A stretch of DNA of 64,000 nt from Elusimicrobiota bacterium (GTDB lineage: Bacteria; Elusimicrobiota; Elusimicrobia; UBA1565; JACRDR01), in contig JACQBA010000013.1 in NCBI GenBank assembly GCA_016194745.1, positions 320,822-384,821 on the forward strand. The letters run 5' to 3'. Positions within the stretch are counted from its first letter, which is position 1, and each line of letters opens with the position of its first letter. The notes beneath the pieces are model-generated. The model was not told the origin of the DNA and searched no databases. It saw only the letters and a list, made by a program, of their open reading frames with translations. Positions 35,665-45,235 of the stretch are shown piece after piece. Both the position numbers and the translations under genes were made by a program.

Positions 35665-36849
35665 CTAAATCTTGCCTACGTACAGCTCGCGCCAGAGGCG
35701 GTAGTACTCCTTGAGATAGTCCTCGTAGCCCGGCTGGAGGGATACGCCCTTGAAGTCGAGGATCGCGAGGGAGCGGGACATGACGACGTAATCCCGGCCG
35801 CGCCCCGTCCGCGTGTCCCAGCGCATCGCGGGATAGTAGCCGGATGGGATGAACCGCGCGCTGAGCGCCTGCCGGATCCCCTCCGGATCGCGGGCGTCTG
35901 CGAGCAGCTCCAAGTAGCGCACACCCATGCCCTCGAGGCATGCGGCCGCGTGCTCGAGGAGTTGGCGCAGCTCCAAGGTCAGCGAGTACGCGCCCGTGAA
36001 CACGCAATGGCCGTCCTTGGCCGAGCGGTAGAGATAGACTTCGGTGCGTCCGTCGGGACTGACGAGCAGCAGGTTCGGCTCGTGGAACGGGAAGAAATCG
36101 AGCGAGAGTTTTCCCGCCGCCTTCGTCTCCGCCCAGCGCCGCAGGATGAACTTGGACGCCTGCAGGACCTCGAAGGCGAGCGGCGTGCCGTCGACGCCGT
36201 CGAGTAGGAGCGGGAGGTCCGCGTACTCCGCCTCGTCGATGCCGGACTCGCGGCGGACGATCGAGAAGAAGGGCTTGAGCGAGAGCGGCAGGCAGGGAGT
36301 CCCCTCGCGGAACTGCATCACGCCCGGCGCGAAGCGTACCGCGAGCGTGTGCGTCTCGGACTTGTAGACCTTGTGGACGTTGGGGAACACGCCGAGCTTG
36401 AGGAACCCGGCCTTCTCGGCGAGACGCTGCGGGCCGAGACTCACCGTGCGCACCGTCGCATAGGTGGTGCGGGCGATCTGGTCCTTCCCGCTCAGGATCT
36501 CGAGGCCGGCCACCATGAGCTTTTCGGCCACGTCGCAGCGGCGGTAGTCCTCGGCCACGACCGCGCCGAACGCCTTGGCGAGACGCACCTGCCGGTCGAC
36601 GTTGAAGAGCAGGCTGCCCACCACCTTGCCCTCGGCGCGCGCCAGAAGCCAGACGTAGCGGTCGCTCTCAATGGCCTGCTGGCACTCCTGCGGATTGTAG
36701 ACGAGAGAAAAGGGGTAGCTTCCGCCGTAGACGAGATGGTAGAGCCAGCGGATGCCGAGGACGTCGTCAGGAACGGCGGGGCCGATCGTGATCGCCCGGC
36801 CGTCCGACAGACGGATATCCTCCGACGGAGGGCGCTCGGCGAGCTCCAT
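35665..36849 (-). CDS. GNAT-family acyltransferase, tandem two-domain architecture
   Basis: The N-terminal GNAT core is DVAEKLMVAGLEILSGKDQIARTTYATV...AGFLKLGVF, followed by a second ~180-aa domain. Confidence 0.55.
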   Translation of the reverse strand: MELAERPPSEDIRLSDGRAITIGPAVPDDVLGIRWLYHLVYGGSYPFSLVYNPQECQQAIESDRYVWLLARAEGKVVGSLLFNVDRQVRLAKAFGAVVAEDYRRCDVAEKLMVAGLEILSGKDQIARTTYATVRTVSLGPQRLAEKAGFLKLGVFPNVHKVYKSETHTLAVRFAPGVMQFREGTPCLPLSLKPFFSIVRRESGIDEAEYADLPLLLDGVDGTPLAFEVLQASKFILRRWAETKAAGKLSLDFFPFHEPNLLLVSPDGRTEVYLYRSAKDGHCVFTGAYSLTLELRQLLEHAAACLEGMGVRYLELLADARDPEGIRQALSARFIPSGYYPAMRWDTRTGRGRDYVVMSRSLAILDFKGVSLQPGYEDYLKEYYRLWRELYVGKI

Positions 36850-36903
36850 GACGCCTCATTATAGCCAATTCTCCGTCGAGAAAGACGCGTTTCGCGGCGC
36901 GTC

Positions 36904-37326
36904 TCAGCACATGAAGCGGCCGAGCGGCAGCCCGCCCATCGATACGATCACCGGGATGTCCGCGAGACAGGAGACGACGATCCCCCGCACTCGCCAGCCG
37001 CGCGCGCCGCCGGAATGCCCCCACAGGAATCCGCTGGGGCCGGAGTCCCGGACCAGGAGCCCTTCGATGATCCCCCACTCCACCCAGCGCACCGGCACGT
37101 AGACCATGAGGTAGATCAAAGGCTCGCTCCTCACGATCTGGACGGCGACGAAGCTCGCCAAAAACCAGATCAGGACGCCGAAACCAAGACCCATCGAGAG
37201 GCGCAGCAGGCCGAGCCCAAGCGCCGCGCGCGCGCTCGGCGTCTCCTGCGGCCGAAGGGCTCTCAGTCCGACCCAGCACCAGCCGGAGTAGACGGCGAAC
37301 TTCAAAGCCGCGTAGATCCACGTCAT
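36904..37326 (-). CDS. Small integral membrane protein (140 aa, 4 TM)
   Basis: Only the C-terminal part of track ORF 36904..37878 is hydrophobic and protein-like (MTWIYAALKFAVYSGWCWVG...). The ATG at 37326 overlaps the upstream stop. Confidence 0.45.
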   Translation of the reverse strand: MTWIYAALKFAVYSGWCWVGLRALRPQETPSARAALGLGLLRLSMGLGFGVLIWFLASFVAVQIVRSEPLIYLMVYVPVRWVEWGIIEGLLVRDSGPSGFLWGHSGGARGWRVRGIVVSCLADIPVIVSMGGLPLGRFMC

Positions 37327-38093
37327 CGCTTGCCTCCGTTCAGCGCGCGAAGCACTTCCTCGTTGCTCGTCATCGGATAGCCGGACGCCGGCGCCGCCTC
37401 GGTGCGGGCGACGCAGCGCACGCCGAAGTCGCCCCCGGCGGGAGACGCGTTGCTGGAGGCCGACGTCGAGAAAAGCCCCATCGTCTCGAGCCGCATGTCC
37501 GGGACGAAGACCGTCGCGTACCAGCGCCGACGGCTCGCGAAGTCCTCGACGGCGGACAGCAGCCCAGCGTTCTTCGCCTTGAGGTACTCGGCCATCGACG
37601 GAAGCGCCCAAGTCCCCTCGGGCGCGGCCGCGGCGCACGCCGCTTTCGCCGTGCGCCAAGACGCCTCCGAGTAGTCCGGCAATACGGTCTCCAAGGGAGC
37701 GCCCCACACGAGTCCGGTAGACGAATCGAGCCATGCCGGGCGTCCGGCGACTTGTCCCGCCCGGACAGCGCCGCCGCCCGGTCCCGGCTCGAACGCGGCG
37801 GCAGTCTTGAATCGGTCGAGCATCGCGCTCCGGTACGCCTCCTTGGCGCGGCTTACTCTGATATCCTCCGCGATCCAACGATTACGGCGGAGGGCGGAAG
37901 CACCCTGCTCCTTGAGAACCGCGGCGAGAGGATTATCGGGCCAGGGGACGGACAAGGCGAGCGCGAATGCGCCGGAGATCAGCGCCGCGGCGTAGAGGCT
38001 GCGCCGGGCGTCAAAAACAAATGGATACAGGACGTAGAATGAAATGCCGAAGGCGGCCGTGACGAGAAGAGCGCCGAACAGCGCGACGGGCAT
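37323..38093 (-). CDS. Membrane-anchored hypothetical protein
   Basis: Two N-terminal TM segments and a soluble C-terminal domain, co-directional with the LuxC/LuxE/GNAT genes. Confidence 0.45.
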   Translation of the reverse strand: MPVALFGALLVTAAFGISFYVLYPFVFDARRSLYAAALISGAFALALSVPWPDNPLAAVLKEQGASALRRNRWIAEDIRVSRAKEAYRSAMLDRFKTAAAFEPGPGGGAVRAGQVAGRPAWLDSSTGLVWGAPLETVLPDYSEASWRTAKAACAAAAPEGTWALPSMAEYLKAKNAGLLSAVEDFASRRRWYATVFVPDMRLETMGLFSTSASSNASPAGGDFGVRCVARTEAAPASGYPMTSNEEVLRALNGGKR

Positions 38094-38128
38094 CTGGCCA
38101 TGATATCAAAGCCGAACACGCGCCGCGC

Positions 38129-39211
38129 CTAGTCGCCCTTCAACGCGGCGCGCAGCGAGGCGTCCTCGGCGACGAGGTCCTTCACGCCGACTCCGTAGCG
38201 GGCCCGGAAAAACGCGTCCACAAGCTGTTCTTCCTTTGCGCCGCTCAGGACGATGCGGGCATACTCGCGCCAAGTGAGGTTCGGGGACGCCGCCGCGTTG
38301 GCGAAGCGCTCGCGCAGGGACTTGCGCACCTCCTCGTCTCCGTATGTCAAGCGCAGCTCGACGGCCGGAGTCCGGAGGTTCGAGGCGAGGACGTCGCTCA
38401 AGGCCACGTAGTCCCACACGGACGGACGGTACAGCTTGCGGAAGAAGTTCACGACGATGTAAGGATCGGCGATCGCCCGCGCTTGGGCGTCGAGGCGATC
38501 AGGGTCCGAGGGCCACGACGCGGCAAGCACTCGCGGGAACACCGCCGCGTTGTCGTGCGTGTCCATGAAGGACCAGGCCGCGCCTTCGCGGAAGCTGACG
38601 ATCCGGCGCACGCCGGCGTCCGACCCGCTCTCCGAGAGCAAGATGCCGACCGCCTTCACGTCGGCGTACGTCTCGTGATACGTGGAGTAACCGTTGACCT
38701 TGGGGCCGTCCCCGTCCGGGGTCCGGAAATACTCGAGGTGCACGAGGTCGGACGCGATCCGGTTGGCGCGGTCGCTCAGCGCCGGGAATGGCTTGAGGTC
38801 TTTGGGGTTCGCGTAGAGGTGGCAGTGAGCGAGCTCGTGGTACATCACGAAGCGGAAGAGGAACTCGTCCTCGAAGCCGTTCTTGCGCATCCCCTTCTCG
38901 TCGATGAATACGTCGCAGCGGTTCTTCGCGAAATCGTAGAGGACGTAGGCGGAAGCGTTCTCGTAGTCCGGGTTTTCGTTCATGTGGAAGGCGACGTCGG
39001 CGCGCAGGTGGCCGGCCTTGCGCAGACGCGCGTCGATCGCCTTCGCCCGCGCGAGGAAAGGATGCTCGACCGCGGCTCCGGAGACTCTGGGGACTTCCAC
39101 GACGGCGGGACGGAGGAAGGTGCGGACATCGGTCGGCAAGGACGGAAGCCCGGCGCTCCAAGCGGAGGGCGCGGCGAAGACCAGCGAGACGAGCAGGGGA
39201 GTCCGGTTCAT
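38129..39211 (-). CDS. Secreted protein with HExxH motif (putative zinc metallopeptidase)
   Basis: Start at MNRTPLLVSLVFAAPSAWSAG (signal peptide). Motif FVMYHELAHCHLY. Confidence 0.5.
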   Translation of the reverse strand: MNRTPLLVSLVFAAPSAWSAGLPSLPTDVRTFLRPAVVEVPRVSGAAVEHPFLARAKAIDARLRKAGHLRADVAFHMNENPDYENASAYVLYDFAKNRCDVFIDEKGMRKNGFEDEFLFRFVMYHELAHCHLYANPKDLKPFPALSDRANRIASDLVHLEYFRTPDGDGPKVNGYSTYHETYADVKAVGILLSESGSDAGVRRIVSFREGAAWSFMDTHDNAAVFPRVLAASWPSDPDRLDAQARAIADPYIVVNFFRKLYRPSVWDYVALSDVLASNLRTPAVELRLTYGDEEVRKSLRERFANAAASPNLTWREYARIVLSGAKEEQLVDAFFRARYGVGVKDLVAEDASLRAALKGD

Positions 39212-39471
39212 GCGGACAGCTTGGCCCGAAAGGCCTAGGCCCGCAAGGCACGAAGGGCCTACTCGTTGTTTAGGCGGAAAGTCAGGGGTTCTTGGATGGC
39301 CGCTGCAGCGCGACAGGTTCGACGGCGCGCACCTGCGCCGAAAGGGGCGCGGCGAGCGGGACAAGGGCCAGAGCGGCGGCGAGATTGCGCGCGATCATCC
39401 TATGAGATGATACCGCCGCCGCCGGACGAGTACCAGTGCCGCAGGGCTAGGTCGGAAGGAGTGCGATGGGC

Positions 39472-40113
39472 CTATCTGGGCGCGCCGCACTCGGCGCAGA
39501 ATTTGGAGCCCCCGGCCAACGGCGCCTTGCACTTCGAGCAGGCCGAGGGATCGGCGACGGGCTTGCCGCATTCCGGGCAGAATTTGCCGCCGCTCAGCGC
39601 GGCTCGGCAGTGCGGGCAGGCGGCGGCAGACTGCTTCGAGACGTCCATGTCGCCGACCAGATCGGCGTCCTGCGCCTTTTTCTGCAGTTGCGAGGCGACG
39701 GCGGACTTGAGCGCGTCGGCCTGCGCCGCGGCCTTCTCCTCGGTCAGATCGGGCGCGCATTGCTTGCACATAGACGCCGGCTCGTTCCAACAGACTTCCG
39801 GGCAGATCCAGTGGCCGCAGCGGCGGCACTGGCGGAAACGGGGCTTGATCTCCTCGATGGCGCCGGCGAAGGCCGAGTCCCACGCCTTGCCTCGCATCGC
39901 ATCCTTGAGGTGATCTCCCGCCCGCGCCGCCTGCCCGAACGCGCCGCCGAACATGTCGGCCGCGGCTCCCAAGAAGCTCGTCGCGATCCCCAGCTTGTTG
40001 GCGGCGTAGCTCGAGCGGAAGCCGTTGCCGCACTTATCGCAATGGAACTCAAACTGGTAGCCCTGGTTGTTGGAATGGTCCGTGTAATTTTTGGTGAACG
40101 CGATGGAGGACAT
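39472..40113 (-). CDS. Double zinc-ribbon protein
   Basis: CDKCGN...CRRCGH...CKQC and a C-terminal CPHC...CPECGKP...CSKC...CAECG. Confidence 0.5.
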   Translation of the reverse strand: MSSIAFTKNYTDHSNNQGYQFEFHCDKCGNGFRSSYAANKLGIATSFLGAAADMFGGAFGQAARAGDHLKDAMRGKAWDSAFAGAIEEIKPRFRQCRRCGHWICPEVCWNEPASMCKQCAPDLTEEKAAAQADALKSAVASQLQKKAQDADLVGDMDVSKQSAAACPHCRAALSGGKFCPECGKPVADPSACSKCKAPLAGGSKFCAECGAPR

Positions 40114-40192
40114 AGCCCAAATATTATCCGAGTTCCCACGCCTTGTCCAGGGCGTCATTGACACGGGGACGGGAGCGGGCTACCCTGCACGG

Positions 40193-40960
40193 ATGAGGCG
40201 TGTCGCCGCGGCGCTGCTCGCGGCTTTCCTTGCCCCAGCTCAAGCCCTCGCCGCCGACGTCGGCGTCGTCCTCCTGCACGGGAAGGAGGGAAGGCCGAAT
40301 GGTTACACCAAGCCGGTCTCCCAAGGGCTCGAGGAAAAGGGCTACATGATCTCCACCCCCGAGATGCCTTGGTCCAAAGCGCGCATCTACGACGCGACGT
40401 TCGAGGAAGCCATGGTCGAGATCGACCAAGCGGTCGAGGGCTTGAGAAAGAAGGGCGCCAAGCGCGTGATCATCGCCGGCCACAGCATGGGCGCCGGGGC
40501 GGCCCTCGGCTACGCGGCCTCGCGCGCGGGCGTCGACGGGGTGATCGCCTTGGCGCCCGGACACCTGCCGGAGACATACGCCTTCACGAGCAGGCTCGGC
40601 CAGGACGTCGCGCGGGCGCGCTCGCTCGTGGCCGATGGGAATGGAAAGGCGAGGCGTTCTTTCAACGATCTGAACACGGGAAAGTCGATGTCCGTCACGA
40701 CGACCGCCGAGATCTATCTCAGCTGGTTCGACCCCGAAGGCCGGGCCGTAATGCCGAAAGCCGCGGCCGCGTTCAAGGCGCCGACGCCGCTTCTCGTCAT
40801 CGTGCCCGCCGGCGACAAGGTGGACGAGGACTACTTCTTCGTTAAGGCGCCGCCGCACCCGAAGAGCAAGTTCCAAAGGATCTCGACGAGCCACGTCTCG
40901 CTGCCCCGCGACGCGGTCAAGCCCGTCGCGGATTGGCTCGCGACGTTGGACGCGAAGTAG
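40193..40960 (+). CDS. Secreted alpha/beta hydrolase
   Basis: Signal peptide MRRVAAALLAAFLAPAQALA; nucleophile elbow IIAGHSMGAGAA (GxSxG). Confidence 0.7.
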   Translation: MRRVAAALLAAFLAPAQALAADVGVVLLHGKEGRPNGYTKPVSQGLEEKGYMISTPEMPWSKARIYDATFEEAMVEIDQAVEGLRKKGAKRVIIAGHSMGAGAALGYAASRAGVDGVIALAPGHLPETYAFTSRLGQDVARARSLVADGNGKARRSFNDLNTGKSMSVTTTAEIYLSWFDPEGRAVMPKAAAAFKAPTPLLVIVPAGDKVDEDYFFVKAPPHPKSKFQRISTSHVSLPRDAVKPVADWLATLDAK

Positions 40961-40961
40961 C

Positions 40962-42017
40962 CTACGGGTCTACGCAGGCGAACGCCTCGCGGAAGCGCTC
41001 ATCGCCGAGGAGCGCCTTGGCCTCGGCCACGATGTGCGTCATCTTGAGATAGCCGTTGGCGCCCGAGTAGTACGCCTCGTTGGCGCCGACGCCCCCGCTC
41101 ATCTCGCCGTCGACGACGAACACGGCGTAGATGCCGAGCGCGCGGCCTTCCCCGTCGAATATCCCTCCGCCGCTCATGCCGGTGTAGCCGTCACTCGTGA
41201 CCCAGTGCATGCGGTCGCCGTAAAAGTCCGCCAAGATCCTGGCGATGCCGCCTTCGATCTTCGCCTTCGCGAGCCAGGCATTGCCGAAGAAGCCCCCGCG
41301 GCTTTTCGTGCCGCGCGTCACGTACTTCCGGCGCCCGTCGGAGGAATGGTGGTTGCGCTGGGCGGCGGCCGGGAACCCAATCCCCCAGATCGATTCCCCA
41401 TCCTTGAGCTCGCCCGTACGGACGCAAACGGCCTCGGCGGAGGGACGGCTCACCTTGACCAGCGCCCAGTCGGACTGATTGGCCTTGCGCTCCTGAAATT
41501 CCCGGAACTGCGCGTCGGTGTAGGAGCCGAAGTTCCGCGCCCGGGTGATCGCGGCGCCGCTGCCGGTCGCGACGATCCGCGCGTTCACGGGCTCGGCCGA
41601 TTCCGTGTTCAAGCGCAGGGACGCGTCCTCGCAGCGGAAGTCGTCCGGAATCTGCGACGCCGGGACGCGGTTCATGTAGAGGTGCCCGTCCGCCACCGCG
41701 CCGAACGCCTGCCCGTCCTTGCGGCAGTTCGTCACGCAGTGGAGCGCCGTGAGAAAGTAATTCCTCGAGACGTAAAAGCCGGTGCACGACGAGGGCCAGG
41801 TGAATCCGATGTTCCACGTCGCCTTCCACGGCTTCTGGAGCTTCGGGTGGCCGGCCTCCTCGAAGGAATAAAATCCCTCGCCGCTCTCGCGCGGCTGATT
41901 ATGGGGCACAAACTCCCCAAGGAAAATGCGGCTCCTCGCGTTGGCCTGCTCGAGAGTAGGACCCGCCGACGCCGGAATCACCAATGTGGAAAGAAGAAAT
42001 GCGGAAAGAGCGCCCAT
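40962..42017 (-). CDS. Secreted trypsin-like (S1 family) serine protease
   Basis: Signal peptide. Catalytic His context LTALHCV, Asp in DWALVKV, Ser in TGMSGGGIF. Confidence 0.7.
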   Translation of the reverse strand: MGALSAFLLSTLVIPASAGPTLEQANARSRIFLGEFVPHNQPRESGEGFYSFEEAGHPKLQKPWKATWNIGFTWPSSCTGFYVSRNYFLTALHCVTNCRKDGQAFGAVADGHLYMNRVPASQIPDDFRCEDASLRLNTESAEPVNARIVATGSGAAITRARNFGSYTDAQFREFQERKANQSDWALVKVSRPSAEAVCVRTGELKDGESIWGIGFPAAAQRNHHSSDGRRKYVTRGTKSRGGFFGNAWLAKAKIEGGIARILADFYGDRMHWVTSDGYTGMSGGGIFDGEGRALGIYAVFVVDGEMSGGVGANEAYYSGANGYLKMTHIVAEAKALLGDERFREAFACVDP

Positions 42018-42093
42018 ACGGACAGGATATGGCGCTAGTCCCTCCTAAAGAATGCGCCGGGAGACCTACCCGCGCCCCGGCAATCGGAACCGC

Positions 42094-42645
42094 CTAATGC
42101 GGGACTCCCTGCCTACATTCATGAACCGCGTCCGCGACGCCCTGGGCGGTCCAGTAGCGATCGATGACCGAGTCGATGCTGAGGACCGGCACGATCTCGA
42201 CGAGGCAGGTCGCCGGGCTCAATTGAACGACGACGAAATGGTGTTCGCGTATTCCCGCCTGACGCTCCACCGCGTCGATGGGCAGGATGAAGGAGTAGGG
42301 GACCTTGGTCCCGCCCTTCGCCTCCGTCAGCCACTCGACGTGGATCATCTCGATCTTCGGACTGCCCAGCTCGATATCGAAGCCGGGGATGTGAAGGACG
42401 ATCGTCGTCTCCTTGCCGTCCGGAGCGACGACCGTGACAGAGCGGTATCCCGACTCGCCCGAGAATTGGAGGGTGTAGCCTCCCGCCCCGGGGCAGTCCA
42501 TCCGCGTGTCGGTGCCGTCCGGCTGTCGAGGGTGCTTGCACACCCGCTCGTCGATCGAAGTGAACTGGCTGCCCGCCCATTCCCGCGCCTGGAGCGGACA
42601 CGCCGCCAACGCCAGGATGCCCCATGCCGCCCAATGGATTTTCAT
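42094..42645 (-). CDS. Hypothetical secreted protein
   Basis: Signal peptide MKIHWAAWGILALAACPLQA. Confidence 0.45.
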   Translation of the reverse strand: MKIHWAAWGILALAACPLQAREWAGSQFTSIDERVCKHPRQPDGTDTRMDCPGAGGYTLQFSGESGYRSVTVVAPDGKETTIVLHIPGFDIELGSPKIEMIHVEWLTEAKGGTKVPYSFILPIDAVERQAGIREHHFVVVQLSPATCLVEIVPVLSIDSVIDRYWTAQGVADAVHECRQGVPH

Positions 42646-42781
42646 GTATTTCCTCTCGCGGACATAATACACGGGCGGAAAGGGCGCGGTAAGCATCCAT
42701 CGGCCCCTGCGCGAGAGGGCACAAGGAGCCAGAAAGAGGATGGCGGGTTCGACGGCCTAACCGGGAAACGCGGTTTCCGGC

Positions 42782-44428
42782 TCAGCGTCCGGGGTTTCGG
42801 CCCCGCAGATCGAGGACCTTCGCGCGCTCGGCCTCGGGGAGCATCTCGTAGAGCTCTTCGAAGGCGGCGTTCGTCCAGCCGAAACCGATCTCGTTGGATT
42901 CGTAGCCGAAGCGGATACCGGCCGGGAGGTCCGACTTGCGGGTGACGACGTCATAGCGCGCCTTGATCGCGTGGTGCTCGACGAACTCGGCGAGGACCAT
43001 CGACAGGAAATTGACCGAAATGCGGTCGGCGTCCTCGTTGAAGCCGTAGCGCCGAAGCCCCTCGATCGCGATCATCTGCATGGGCGCCCAGCCGAAAGGC
43101 GCGTCCCATTGCTGCCCCGAGGAGTTCGTGCTCGTCATGAGCCCCCCGCGCCGCTCGAACAGGCGGAGGTTCCCGCGCACCCGCTTCGCCTGCTTCGGCT
43201 CGGCGATCCCCGCCCAGAGCGGGTAGAAGGTCGTGACGAAGGGATAGCGCCGCGGCTTGCGCGTCTCGTGATTGAAGTCATAATACAGCCCGTCCTTGTC
43301 GTCCCACATGAACGCGTTGACGAAACTACGGCGCTTCTTGGCTCGCGCGGCCCAAACCGACGCCGCGGTCGGGTTTCCGAGGATCGTCTGGATCTCCTCC
43401 ATCCCCGTTTCCGTCCGATAGAGGAGCGAGTTGAGGCACACCGGAGTCGTGTCGAGCACCTCCGCGTTGAACGGCCCAAATCGGTCGGAGGGGTTGAATC
43501 CCGACTCGCGCATCGATCGGTCGTTGCGGTAGAAGAGCGGGGTGAGGCGGCCCGAGTTCGCGTCGTAGAACTTGTTCGTCTGGAAGTCCGGGATCGTGTG
43601 CGTCTTCAAGTGTTCGGCCACGCGGTCGTAGTGCGTAAGACCCTTCGCGTCGCGCTCGCTCGAGACGACTTCCGGCGCCGGGCCATGCCCGGAGTCGAAA
43701 TAGCGCGAGAGCCCGTCCTTCGTCACGTGGTCCCCGCGCGTCCAATAGAAATAGTACGTCTCCATCGCCGGCACCGCGTTCTTGAGCCACGCCTTGTCGC
43801 CGGTCTTCTTGTAGGTGAGCAGGACCATCTCCGTGAGGAACGGCGGCTGCGACCGCGTGAGGTAGTAGGTGCGGTTCGCGTTGAGCACCTTCCCGTAGTG
43901 AAGGACTTCATAAAGGAAGTTGTCGGTCATCCCCTTGGCCAAGGCAAGCTCCCCGTCGCGGAGAAGGCCGACCAGGATGAAGTAACTGTCCCAGCCATAC
44001 ATCTCGTTGAAGCGTCCGCCGGGGACGACGTACGGATTGGGCAGATACAGGAGGCCGGGCGCCGGGATGACGCCGCCCGCGGGGAGGGGTTTGAAGCGGA
44101 TGCGCGTCAACTCCTCGGCCGGGACGGTCTGCTGAAGCCTCTTGGGCACCGTGAGGACGTCTTCCTCGGACGGGACGTAGACGACGGGCTTCTCGCTCTT
44201 CGCCAGGAACTTGGGATCGGCCGCGGCGCGCACCAAGGAGGCGGGCGAGCGCGTCAGCATGCTCCAGGCCTGGCGGATGTACGCGCGGATCTCGCTCAGC
44301 TGGGCGGACGTCGCGTAGGCGTTCGCCTCGACGGGGGTCGATGGAGGTTCGGCGCGGGAGAGCGACGCGGCGGCGCTCCACAGCGCGAGCACGAGCGCCG
44401 TCATTCCCCTCCGGTCCATGGGAGGCAT
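42782..44428 (-). CDS. treA: Periplasmic alpha,alpha-trehalase (GH37)
   Basis: GH37 signatures PGGRFNEMYGWDSYF and NRTYYLTRSQPP; signal peptide. Confidence 0.85.
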   Translation of the reverse strand: MPPMDRRGMTALVLALWSAAASLSRAEPPSTPVEANAYATSAQLSEIRAYIRQAWSMLTRSPASLVRAAADPKFLAKSEKPVVYVPSEEDVLTVPKRLQQTVPAEELTRIRFKPLPAGGVIPAPGLLYLPNPYVVPGGRFNEMYGWDSYFILVGLLRDGELALAKGMTDNFLYEVLHYGKVLNANRTYYLTRSQPPFLTEMVLLTYKKTGDKAWLKNAVPAMETYYFYWTRGDHVTKDGLSRYFDSGHGPAPEVVSSERDAKGLTHYDRVAEHLKTHTIPDFQTNKFYDANSGRLTPLFYRNDRSMRESGFNPSDRFGPFNAEVLDTTPVCLNSLLYRTETGMEEIQTILGNPTAASVWAARAKKRRSFVNAFMWDDKDGLYYDFNHETRKPRRYPFVTTFYPLWAGIAEPKQAKRVRGNLRLFERRGGLMTSTNSSGQQWDAPFGWAPMQMIAIEGLRRYGFNEDADRISVNFLSMVLAEFVEHHAIKARYDVVTRKSDLPAGIRFGYESNEIGFGWTNAAFEELYEMLPEAERAKVLDLRGRNPGR

Positions 44429-44470
44429 ATACCAGAAGAACCGTCCGGCGTCAAACCCCGGCCTCGACGG

Positions 44471-45226
44471 CTATGAAGCGGCCTTCGAAAAAAAAGGCAG
44501 GGCGTCGTCGCGCAGCGCCCACGCGGCCATCGACGCGGCGTGGTCGAGCTCTTCCAGGCTGGAGACGATGTAGTAACCGGGTTTGCTCGTCACGTTCACG
44601 AGGTTCGTCGAAGTCTGCGACTTGCCCGGGCGGTCCTTCTGCAGAAAAATATTCACGCTGACGCCCCCGTATTTGCTCCGGACGCAGGAAATCGCAATGA
44701 CGTCCTTTCGTCCGCCCTTCGTCCGAGAGAGCCGCCCCGCGGCCGGGTCGGCCGAGAACCCGGCGTCCTTCAAGACGGGGGCCACCTTCTCCGCCAGATA
44801 CCGCATGACGGTAGCCGGAGTCAGCTTCTTGGGATCCGACGACTTCTTGCGCCGAGGATAGGCGACCGTAATGACGCTCACGCCGGATCGCCTTTCGAGC
44901 TGCGACACGACCTCGCCCCAAGCGTATTTGTAGGGCGGCTTTCTACCCAGCTGCTTGGCCAGCCACCCGTCGTGCCACACCTTTCTCGCGTCTTCGTCGA
45001 AATTCAAGTCTGCCATGCAAAGCGTAAGCAAAACCTCACCGCTCGGCGGGAACATCGCGAGCACCGAGAGGTCCTTGCCGCCCGCCGCCACCTTTAGATA
45101 ACCGGGCACTCGAGCTGGGCTGAGCGGAGGCAGCGCGGCCCACTGAGCCGGCGTCAGATCGGGCCCCAACTTGAATTCCCCCGCGCTCACCACACCGGTG
45201 TCCTTGTCGATGGCCAGTTCGTTCAT
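44471..45226 (-). CDS. Hypothetical protein
   Basis: Lys-rich, non-shadow composition; no recognised motif. Confidence 0.4.
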   Translation of the reverse strand: MNELAIDKDTGVVSAGEFKLGPDLTPAQWAALPPLSPARVPGYLKVAAGGKDLSVLAMFPPSGEVLLTLCMADLNFDEDARKVWHDGWLAKQLGRKPPYKYAWGEVVSQLERRSGVSVITVAYPRRKKSSDPKKLTPATVMRYLAEKVAPVLKDAGFSADPAAGRLSRTKGGRKDVIAISCVRSKYGGVSVNIFLQKDRPGKSQTSTNLVNVTSKPGYYIVSSLEELDHAASMAAWALRDDALPFFSKAAS

Positions 45227-45235
45227 GCGCCAATT

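Noticed and set aside
36904-37878. Full-length 324-aa ORF on the minus strand
   Set aside because: The N-terminal 180 aa are an Arg-rich out-of-frame overlap of the neighbouring gene (37323..38093). Only the C-terminal 140 aa (from the ATG at 37326) are hydrophobic and protein-like.
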